A stretch of DNA of 64,000 nt from NCBI GenBank assembly GCA_016176685.1, contig JACOWS010000002.1:94608-158607 (forward strand). The letters are read 5' to 3'. Positions 56,616 through 64,000 of this stretch are shown here, piece by piece (position 1 is the stretch's first letter; each line of letters opens with the position of its first letter). Origin of the DNA: Patescibacteria group bacterium. Its GTDB lineage: Bacteria > Patescibacteriota > Minisyncoccia > Phycocordibacterales > SBAW01. Both the position numbers and the translations under genes were made by a program. Under the pieces are notes generated by a model. That model was not told where the DNA came from, did not search any database, and saw only the letters and a program-made list of their open reading frames with translations.

Positions 56616-57257
56616 TTAATTCGAGGCGAGCGCGTATGTTCCCACAAACTCCGCCGTGACCACAAAACGGGCGGTCTTTTTGGCAAAGGACAGGTCGCAG
56701 GTCACCAACACCAGACGTTTGCCATCCTTGGGCATCTCTATCACATCCTCGTCGGCATCCGCAAGTTTGACCCCAACGACACTGTAGCGATACTCGGCAG
56801 AGCCGGAGTATACGCTCACCATCTGCCCGCTCTTCAAATTTTGTATCGAGTTGAAGGCCTTGTACGCCTGATTGTACACGACGGGCAGATTGCTCGAGTG
56901 CCCAAATAAAAGTACCGTCCCTTCCTCGCCAAGCAGAGCCGAGGTCGGGTAGCGCACCGCGCCCGAAAGGAGCGCTTGGTCGAGCACTTCTATGTCGGTC
57001 GAGGTCGGATTGTTGATTGCAACATCAAGGCCGATATTTTTGGCTACCACGCGCACAGGCGCCTCTTGCGCGCCACTTTGTGATAGTTCCTGTTGAGAAG
57101 CAGCGGGAGTCTGTGCCACCGCCGCCGTGGGGTCCGGCGTTGCGCCCACACCCCACAAAAAGGCGTAGGAAAGCAAAAATATGCCAACAAAGGTGGCCGA
57201 AAACGATTTCGGCTGGTTGAGTATGCGCGGTATGATGCCTCCTTTGCGAGTTTGCAT
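56616..57257 (-). CDS. Sortase
   Basis: LFGHSS...LVLVTCD...RFVV His/Cys/Arg triad, N-terminal TM. Confidence 0.88.
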   Translation of the reverse strand: MQTRKGGIIPRILNQPKSFSATFVGIFLLSYAFLWGVGATPDPTAAVAQTPAASQQELSQSGAQEAPVRVVAKNIGLDVAINNPTSTDIEVLDQALLSGAVRYPTSALLGEEGTVLLFGHSSNLPVVYNQAYKAFNSIQNLKSGQMVSVYSGSAEYRYSVVGVKLADADEDVIEMPKDGKRLVLVTCDLSFAKKTARFVVTAEFVGTYALASN

Positions 57258-57299
57258 AGTGTGTGCCCGGTGGTGTATACCTAAACCAGAGCTGTGAAT

Positions 57300-57366
57300 A
57301 GCTTATGCCATAAACACCATTTTGTCAATAGCAAAGCTTGACATTAAAAATCTAATATGCTACGAT
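57300..57366. promoter_or_regulatory. Back-to-back sigma70 promoters
   Basis: Plus strand TTGACA(57338)-17-TACGAT with TG extension; minus strand TTGACA(57328)-17-TAAGCT. Confidence 0.7.
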
Positions 57367-57379
57367 ATTTTTTACCTAT

Positions 57380-58273
57380 ATGACTGAACACAAAAAAGAA
57401 GAGTCGGGTGTCCGCGAGCTTTTTCTGCGCACTGTGGCCATAGTTGGCTTGGTGGCCGTACTCTTGCTTGGCGCATGGGGCATTATCCTTATCGCCTTTA
57501 ACCTTCCCAACCTTTTTAGTACTCTCGGCGGGAGCGTCAGTTCACTCTTTGCTCCGTCACAGCAGCCGGAGAGCGCTACACCTGCCATCGGTGCTATCGC
57601 GCAAGACACACCCGCCACTGTGCCCACAACAAAGAGCAACGCTGCAGTTGCAGCAAAGTCTACCGCTACCGCAAGCACAGGAGGCGCCAGTGCAAAGTAT
57701 GTCGCGAGCGGCACGCGCACCAACCTCTATGGCGCCGCGGACCTTTCTGTGCGCATTCTTTCCGTTGTGCCTGCCGGCGCGCGCACCAACGTGCAGTTTG
57801 AAGTGCAAAACATCGGTTCCAATGTAACCCCAAGCAACTGGACCTTTGACGCACAGCTCCCGCTTACCCCCGCCTACACCTACCGCTCGCAAGGCCAGCA
57901 GGCGCTCTACCCGGGCGACAAGATTGTCTACACAATCGGCTTTGACACGCCTTACACCTATACCAACTGGTACTGCACGCTCCAGTACCCAAACTATAAC
58001 TGCCCGCAGTACAACTATTCGTACAACAATCAGTACCCGTACAACTACTACAACTCTGGTACGTGCTACCACTACGACGGATACAACAACTACCCCACCA
58101 CTTGCCCCGGTGTAAACTACAACCAAAATTACTACAGCAATTATATTTACGGCTCTAGCAACTATGCATACTTGCCGCAGCAGACGGGCCGCCTGGTCAC
58201 GGTCACGGTTGACCCATATAATTTGGTAGCCGACTACAACCGCGCCAACAACACCGCCAGCGTTTCTATCTAG
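57380..58273 (+). CDS. Membrane-anchored protein with CARDB-like Ig domain interrupted by a Tyr/Asn-rich insert
   Basis: ADLSV...FEVQNIG...LYPGD and VTVDPYNLV...NN flank a Y/N-rich segment. Confidence 0.7.
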   Translation: MTEHKKEESGVRELFLRTVAIVGLVAVLLLGAWGIILIAFNLPNLFSTLGGSVSSLFAPSQQPESATPAIGAIAQDTPATVPTTKSNAAVAAKSTATASTGGASAKYVASGTRTNLYGAADLSVRILSVVPAGARTNVQFEVQNIGSNVTPSNWTFDAQLPLTPAYTYRSQGQQALYPGDKIVYTIGFDTPYTYTNWYCTLQYPNYNCPQYNYSYNNQYPYNYYNSGTCYHYDGYNNYPTTCPGVNYNQNYYSNYIYGSSNYAYLPQQTGRLVTVTVDPYNLVADYNRANNTASVSI

Positions 58274-58283
58274 TTTAGCAAGG

Positions 58284-58399
58284 AGCGACGCCGCAAAAAC
58301 AAATAAAAAAGAGAGTCTAAGACGCGACGGCGTCGAGGCGAGGGAATTTATCAGCAGGAAATTCCCGCTCTCTTTTTTATTTGTTTTTGCGGCGTCGCT
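58284..58399. repeat. Long inverted repeat (32-bp perfect arms) with two internal hairpins
   Basis: AGCGACGCCGCAAAAACAAATAAAAAAGAGAG and its exact reverse complement. Confidence 0.85.
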
Positions 58400-60398
58400 A
58401 AATATCCAAGTTTGCCAACTTTGCGTTGGACTGGATAAACGACTTGCGGCTTGAGACATCCTCGCCCATCAAAATGTCGAAAACTTGGTCAGCGTCGGCG
58501 GCGTCTTCTACCGTAACCTGTTTGAGCACGCGCCGCGCCGGGTCCATGGTGGTTTCCCACAGCTCCTCCGGGTTCATCTCGCCCAAACCTTTGTAGCGTT
58601 GGATGTGGAGTTTGGATTTTTTGCCGGAACCAGATGGAAAATCACCTTCTGACGAGCGCAACGCGGCGTCTTCGGCAGTGAGCGAGGAGGAGGGTGATTT
58701 TCCATCTGGTTCCTCGCCCTCGCCTTCATCAACCACCTCTTCCTTGCCGACAAATTTCGCCTTTTCTTCCTCGCTGTAGGCGTACACCACCTCCTTGCCC
58801 TTTTTTATTTTGTAGAGCGGCGGCTGTGCGATGTAGAGGAATCCGCCGTCGATAACCGGCTTAAAGTGACGGAAGAAGAGGGTTAGCAGGAGCGTGCGAA
58901 TGTGCGCACCGTCTACGTCGGCATCGGTCGCGATAATAACCTTGTGGTAGCGCAGTTTGGTGAGGTCGAACACGTCGCCTATGGCGGTGCCGAGCGCCAG
59001 TATCAAATATTTAATTTCTTGGCTCGCGAGCATTTTGTCGAGCCGCGCGCGCTCGACGTTCAAAATCTTTCCGCGAAGCGGCAAAATCGCCTGGGTGCGG
59101 CGGTCGCGCCCCTGCTTGCCGGAGCCGCCTGCCGAGTCGCCCTCGACGATAAACAGTTCCGACTCGCTCGCCTCTTTGCTTTGACAGTCGGCCAATTTGC
59201 CCGGCAGGCCAAAACCTTCGAGTGCTCCCTTGCGCAAAACGGAGTCTTTGGCCGCCTTGGCGGCTTTGCGCGCCTTGAGCGCCAGCGCCGCTTTGCCAGC
59301 CATGGCGCGCGCATCCTCTGGATTTTCTTCCAAAAAGGCGGCGAGCTGTTCGCTCACTACACTTTCAACCGCGCCGCGCGCCTCCACACTCCCCAGCTTT
59401 GCTTTTGTCTGGCCTTCAAACTGCACCTCGCGCAGCTTCACCGAGATAACGGCGGTCAGACCCTCAAGCACGTCGTCGCCGGTAAAGTTCTCTTCGCTGT
59501 CTTTGAGTGCTCCAACTTTGCGCGCGTAGGCGTTGAGTGTGCGGGTAAGCGCTGTGCGAAATCCGGTGATGTGCGTACCTCCCTCGCCGTTGTATATGTT
59601 GTTTGCAAACGGGGAAATGAGTGAGCGTAAGCCCCCCTCAAAATAAAAAGATTGCGACGGAAAATCGGTGAGATAGTCGCGCAGGTACAACTCTTTGCCA
59701 ACCTCGGTAAAAGCAATAGTACTTGTGCGCGCGTCTATTATGGTGATGCGCAGACCTTTTACCAGGTATGCCTGCTCGCGCAGGTGCGAAACCACTTTGT
59801 CGAAGTCGTACTCGATTGTTTGAAAAATTTCAGGGTCGGCGGTGTAAGTCTGGACCGTGCCGTGGAGTTTGGAGGTACCAACTTTTTTGACAGCTACCTT
59901 GCGCTTGCCGCGCACATACTCTTGTACATACGCCGCGCCCTCGCGGTGCACCTCGGTGCGCATCCAAATTGAAAGTGCGTTTACTACCGACACGCCGACG
60001 CCGTGCAACCCTCCTGAAACCTTGTACCCTTCGCCGCCAAACTTGCCGCCGGCGTGGAGCGTGGTCATCACCGTCTCGAGAGCCGAGACTTTGGTTTGTT
60101 TGTGGGTGTCTACCGGGATACCGCGGCCGTTGTCGGCGATGCGAACGACATTGTTTGGCAAGAGAACCACCTCGATATCGTTGGCAAAGCCGCCCATTGC
60201 CTCATCGCGGCCGTTGTCGAACACTTCCCAAATGAGATGGTGCAAGCCGTCAGGACCGGTGGTGCCGATGTACATGCCGGGGCGGCGACGTACCGCCTGA
60301 AGCCCCTCGAGTACGGTAATGTCCTCGGCGCTATACCTATGGGGTTTTTTCCCCTGCGCGTCTTTAGGAGTTGTTTTTTTAGCCTTGTTTTCAGCCAC
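58398..60398 (-). CDS. gyrB: DNA gyrase subunit B (apparent internal deletion; in-frame palindromic insert)
   Basis: VRRRPGMYIG, GGLHGVG, EGDSAGG, PLRGK, TDADVDG, QRYKGLGEM. Confidence 0.92.
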   Translation of the reverse strand: MAENKAKKTTPKDAQGKKPHRYSAEDITVLEGLQAVRRRPGMYIGTTGPDGLHHLIWEVFDNGRDEAMGGFANDIEVVLLPNNVVRIADNGRGIPVDTHKQTKVSALETVMTTLHAGGKFGGEGYKVSGGLHGVGVSVVNALSIWMRTEVHREGAAYVQEYVRGKRKVAVKKVGTSKLHGTVQTYTADPEIFQTIEYDFDKVVSHLREQAYLVKGLRITIIDARTSTIAFTEVGKELYLRDYLTDFPSQSFYFEGGLRSLISPFANNIYNGEGGTHITGFRTALTRTLNAYARKVGALKDSEENFTGDDVLEGLTAVISVKLREVQFEGQTKAKLGSVEARGAVESVVSEQLAAFLEENPEDARAMAGKAALALKARKAAKAAKDSVLRKGALEGFGLPGKLADCQSKEASESELFIVEGDSAGGSGKQGRDRRTQAILPLRGKILNVERARLDKMLASQEIKYLILALGTAIGDVFDLTKLRYHKVIIATDADVDGAHIRTLLLTLFFRHFKPVIDGGFLYIAQPPLYKIKKGKEVVYAYSEEEKAKFVGKEEVVDEGEGEEPDGKSPSSSLTAEDAALRSSEGDFPSGSGKKSKLHIQRYKGLGEMNPEELWETTMDPARRVLKQVTVEDAADADQVFDILMGEDVSSRKSFIQSNAKLANLDI

Positions 60399-60565
60399 AA
60401 AATTGAAGAAAGCCCACACAGGCTTTACCTATTTATTATACCAAATACCGGCCTATTTTGAAAGGGTGTGGATAGCCAATCCACCTTGCAAAACAAGGGT
60501 TCTAGGGGAGCGACCGGCACTTTGTTTTTTAAAGTCTATTGTATAAATAGGGTCAATTATAAATT

Positions 60566-60599
60566 AACCTTAATCGTAACGACCGTTATAGCTAAGGTT
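60566..60599. repeat. Solo copy of the type A 34-bp repeat between pheT and gyrB
   Basis: AACCTTA-atcgta-ACGACCGT-tatagc-TAAGGTT; 27/34 identical to 1266-1299. Confidence 0.8.
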
Positions 60600-60621
60600 A
60601 AAATGTTTTAAATAATTGATG

Positions 60622-62436
60622 CTAGCGGATATCAAGCCCTTGTGCCTGGAGAGCGGCGTGAACCCTTGCCATCGCCTCATTTGCCTCTGCTTCGGTCAAC
60701 GTCCTTTCAAACGACTGGAAGACAAGTCGAAACGCCAGCGACACTTTTCCCTCCCCGCCCGCCCGCCCGGAGTCGTCCGGGCGGGCGGGCTTCTCAAACC
60801 GATCAAAGAGATATACACGCACAGCAAGATGGCCCGCTTCCTTTGCGATGTGTTTTTCGATTTCCTCGATTTTTACTTCTCCTGTGGTCCAAAACGCAAT
60901 ATCACGGACGATGTACGGATAGCGTGAGTACGGCTGGTAGCGCCGCGCAGTCGAGAGCGGAAGACTCTCATACGCTGAGGCTTTCTCCGGCTGCAGTTCT
61001 TTTTCTGATACTCCTTCCTTTTCATTAGCGGTGCCGATCATTATTTTTTCCTCACCTTCTTTCCAGACCGTCCCGATTTCAAAAAGTTTTATTTCCTCGA
61101 GCCCGAGTAGATCTTTATTCGGTCTGTTTTTTTCAATAGCCGCCTGAAGCCCCGGGATCAGGCTCTCGCGCAGGTATGGACGCACGCTGTCTACTTTGTT
61201 TAAGACCGCATACTCGCCCGCCTCGGCAAAGACGCTGGTGTACACCTCGCTGTAACCTTGCGCAGCAAGCTCTTCGCGGACCCGCTCTGCGGTATAAAAA
61301 TTTGGGTTTACTGTTGCCCCCTCTGCATATACCGGCAAGGGAATTTCCGGAATCTTGTCGTACCCAACTATCCTCCCCACCTCTTCCACGAGGTCCTCGG
61401 CAATTTCAATATCTAGTCGCTCAAACGGCACCACCACCTCGAACTTCCCCCCTTCTTCTTTGTAGTTAAAACTTAATCGAGAAAAGACATCTGCAACCTC
61501 CGCACCTGTGAGCTTTGTCCCAAGGACGTTGTTTACTTTATCTACCGAAATCTCGACTCTTTTTTCTTTCTGGGGTGCGGGGTACACATCCACAAACCCT
61601 TCCGCCGCTCCGCCGGACAACTCTACAATAAGTTTTGCCGCCTGGCGCATACCATACCCCGCAAGTTCCGGTGAAAGTCCTTGCTCAAAGCGTATTGAGG
61701 CATCAGTGCGCAGTTTAAGGAGCTGTGAGCTTTTGCGGACAGAAAAACTGTTGAAGTTAGCCGCCTCTATGACGATGTTTTGCGTCGTCTCGTCTATCCT
61801 ATCGGCCATGCCACCCTTAATGCCTGCTATTCCCACCGGGCGGTCTGCGGCGGTAATAACCAATGTGGAGCCTCCAAGCTCGTACTCTTTTTCGTCGAGT
61901 GCTTTGAGTACCTCGCCTTGCCGCGCGAGGCGCACGCCTATGGCGCTGCTCCCGAGCCGCCCCGCGTCAAAAGCGTGCAGGGGCTGGCCCAGGTTAAACA
62001 TCACAAAATTGGTTGCGTCGACAATGTTATTTATAGCGTGCTGACCCATGGCCGTAAGGCTCTTTTGAAGCCACTCGGGCGAAGGGCCGACCCTTACCCC
62101 CGTGATATATCCCGCCAGATAACGCGGGCACAAGGCCGCATCTTCCACCACCACGGTTACCCGGTCTGTTTTCTTTGATATATCAAACCCGAGCGAAAAC
62201 GGGTCGCGGGTCATCGGGATTTTTAAAATGGCGGAAAGCTCCTTGGCTATGCCGCGGTGAGAGAGGCAGTCGTGCCCGCGGTTGGGGGTAATTTTTACGT
62301 CCAAGATATCGTCACCGTCTATATTTTCTATCCCATCTATCTCAAATGTGTGGAAGGTAAGTGCTTTCGCTAGTATGTCTGTAGACGGGAGTGTTTCATC
62401 AAAAAAATTCTGCAACCACTGGCGCGATATTTTCAT
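60622..62436 (-). CDS. pheT: Phenylalanine--tRNA ligase beta subunit (short form)
   Basis: ITPNRGHDCLSHRGIA, NNIVDATN, DLVEEVGRIVGY, C-terminal FDX-ACB domain. Confidence 0.93.
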   Translation of the reverse strand: MKISRQWLQNFFDETLPSTDILAKALTFHTFEIDGIENIDGDDILDVKITPNRGHDCLSHRGIAKELSAILKIPMTRDPFSLGFDISKKTDRVTVVVEDAALCPRYLAGYITGVRVGPSPEWLQKSLTAMGQHAINNIVDATNFVMFNLGQPLHAFDAGRLGSSAIGVRLARQGEVLKALDEKEYELGGSTLVITAADRPVGIAGIKGGMADRIDETTQNIVIEAANFNSFSVRKSSQLLKLRTDASIRFEQGLSPELAGYGMRQAAKLIVELSGGAAEGFVDVYPAPQKEKRVEISVDKVNNVLGTKLTGAEVADVFSRLSFNYKEEGGKFEVVVPFERLDIEIAEDLVEEVGRIVGYDKIPEIPLPVYAEGATVNPNFYTAERVREELAAQGYSEVYTSVFAEAGEYAVLNKVDSVRPYLRESLIPGLQAAIEKNRPNKDLLGLEEIKLFEIGTVWKEGEEKIMIGTANEKEGVSEKELQPEKASAYESLPLSTARRYQPYSRYPYIVRDIAFWTTGEVKIEEIEKHIAKEAGHLAVRVYLFDRFEKPARPDDSGRAGGEGKVSLAFRLVFQSFERTLTEAEANEAMARVHAALQAQGLDIR

Positions 62437-62439
62437 AAC

Positions 62440-63201
62440 CTAAAATTGATTTACAAAACGCAGGTCTGCCGAGTGCATAAGCCGCACATCGTCTATCCCC
62501 CATCGCAGCATAGCCAAGCGGTCGAGTCCCATGCCAAATGCAAAACCCTGAAATGTGGTATGGTCCACACCCGCGTTTTTGAGGACTTGTGGATGAACCA
62601 TACCGGCGCCCATCATCTCTATCCACTTGTCCCGCAGTTTTTCCGGCACCTGCTTGCCCACCAAGCGCGCGTCTACCTCTACCCCCGGCTCGACAAACGG
62701 AAAGTAGCTTGGGCGAAAGCGGACTTCGACCGACGCTCCCTTAAATATCTCTTGGTAAAAGCGCGCCAGCGTGTCCTTGAGGTGTGCGAGCGAAATATCT
62801 TTGCCCACGCAGAGCCCCTCGAGTTGGTAAAACTCGGCCTCGTGGGTCATGTCGGTCGCCTCGTTGCGAAACACCTTGCCCGGGACAATGATGCGGTACG
62901 GCGGCGGAATACCCTTTTGTATTTGCTCTTCCATATAGCGGATTTGTACGTTGCTGGTGTGTGTGCGCAACACCATGCCCGGAGAGTCTTTAATAAAAAA
63001 GGTGTCCTGCATGTCGCGCGCGGGGTGGTCTTTGGGGACGTTGAGCGCATCAAAATTGTGCCACTCGTCTTCCAAGAGCGGCCCCTCTGCAAAAGAAAAA
63101 CCCATGCGATAAAAAATGTCGTTTGCCTCCCGGATAAGGAGCGAGAGCGGGTGTATGTGTCCCCTCGACTGCGCTTTGGATAAACCTACATTGATATCCA
63201 T
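62440..63201 (-). CDS. pheS: Phenylalanine--tRNA ligase alpha subunit (N-terminally truncated form)
   Basis: HPARDMQDTF, LRTHTS, FPFVEP, FAFGMGLDR. Confidence 0.95.
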   Translation of the reverse strand: MDINVGLSKAQSRGHIHPLSLLIREANDIFYRMGFSFAEGPLLEDEWHNFDALNVPKDHPARDMQDTFFIKDSPGMVLRTHTSNVQIRYMEEQIQKGIPPPYRIIVPGKVFRNEATDMTHEAEFYQLEGLCVGKDISLAHLKDTLARFYQEIFKGASVEVRFRPSYFPFVEPGVEVDARLVGKQVPEKLRDKWIEMMGAGMVHPQVLKNAGVDHTTFQGFAFGMGLDRLAMLRWGIDDVRLMHSADLRFVNQF

Positions 63202-63253
63202 AGAAGTAGAACAATTATGGCTCAAAAGCGTCTAAAATGCTATAGTTCCTGCC

Positions 63254-64000
63254 ATGGATCTAGGGGCCCTTGGTGTATATGCATGCCTTTTTATGGGCCT
63301 CTACTTCGAGGTGTTTTTGCTGATCAGTTTTTTTGAAAAACGCCCGAGTCAAAAGACCGCTCACGGGCCGCGCCGCTTCCCCGCTGTTTCTATCATTGTG
63401 CCCTGTTATAACGAAGAGCGAACTATTGCAGCAACCGTGCAATCGCTCTTGGCGCTTGAGTATCAAAAAAAAAAACTCAATATTGTGGTGGTGGACGAGA
63501 AGGTGTATAGGCCGCGCAATCTTCTTGAACACATGCAGGCGGTTGAGTATATCTTTGGCGTCTTTTTTAAAAAAATGTTCGACAATCTCGCCTCTATAAG
63601 CGTTTTGCCGGGACCATTTTCGCTCTATCGGCGGGAGGTGTTTCAGAAGGTGGGGACCTTCCGACATGCGCACAATACGGAAGATATGGAAATGGCCTTT
63701 CGCATGCATGCACACGGGCTTAAAATCGCAAATGCGCACACGGCGTATGTCCATACCACGGTACCCAAGACACTACGCACATTGCTTACCCAGCGGGTGC
63801 GCTGGTCGCAGGGGTACCTGCAAAATTCACTAGATTATCGGTACATGTACGGTAACCTGCGCTTCGGGCATTTTGGTATGTTTACGCTCCCGTTTGGGCT
63901 CGCGGCGTTTGCGGCCGGGCTCTACCTAGCGGGCTATATGCTCTACCACGTGGCGACAACCCTTGGGGCCCGCACGCTTACCTTGTGGGCAACCGGCATA
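63254..64000 (+). CDS. GT2 glycosyltransferase, runs off the window end, with apparent internal deletion
   Basis: Manual translation: IIVPCYNEE...VVVD|EKVYRPRN...TEDME...QRVRW; not in the ORF track because no stop falls inside the window. Confidence 0.8.
   Translation, partial: MDLGALGVYACLFMGLYFEVFLLISFFEKRPSQKTAHGPRRFPAVSIIVPCYNEERTIAATVQSLLALEYQKKKLNIVVVDEKVYRPRNLLEHMQAVEYIFGVFFKKMFDNLASISVLPGPFSLYRREVFQKVGTFRHAHNTEDMEMAFRMHAHGLKIANAHTAYVHTTVPKTLRTLLTQRVRWSQGYLQNSLDYRYMYGNLRFGHFGMFTLPFGLAAFAAGLYLAGYMLYHVATTLGARTLTLWATGI

Noticed and set aside
63465-63475. A11 tract as a phase-variation switch in the GT2 gene
   Set aside because: Currently in frame (QKKK); no evidence of variation without reads

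Overview
Chromosomal segment of a Patescibacteria/CPR-type bacterium, most likely Parcubacteria. This is inferred from the truncated ThrRS/PheRS, the short SMC, many leaderless genes and the PaaX/Cas2-like paralogs. It holds: a glycosylation and mannose-salvage cluster (0-11 kb); a cluster of secreted proteins sharing one repeat motif plus an exopolysaccharide-like operon (11-24 kb); core genes (truB, hisS, rpoD, dnaG, a single fused rpoB-rpoC ORF, trmD, khpA, rpsP, rnr, smc, rnc, nusB-Nudix, rpmF, rnhB, dnaE, thrS, gyrB, pheT, pheS); and a sortase with a candidate VPYTG substrate. No rRNA, tRNA, CRISPR array or transposase was recognised. The most striking unexplained pattern is three dispersed wHTH/Cas2-like (PaaX-like) genes, each bracketed on both sides by its own 34-40 bp quasi-palindromic direct repeat, plus a solo copy of one repeat upstream of gyrB. 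Also notable are palindromic elements with conserved cores and variable arms, several inserted in frame in essential genes, and a set of internal deletions that may be assembly errors.
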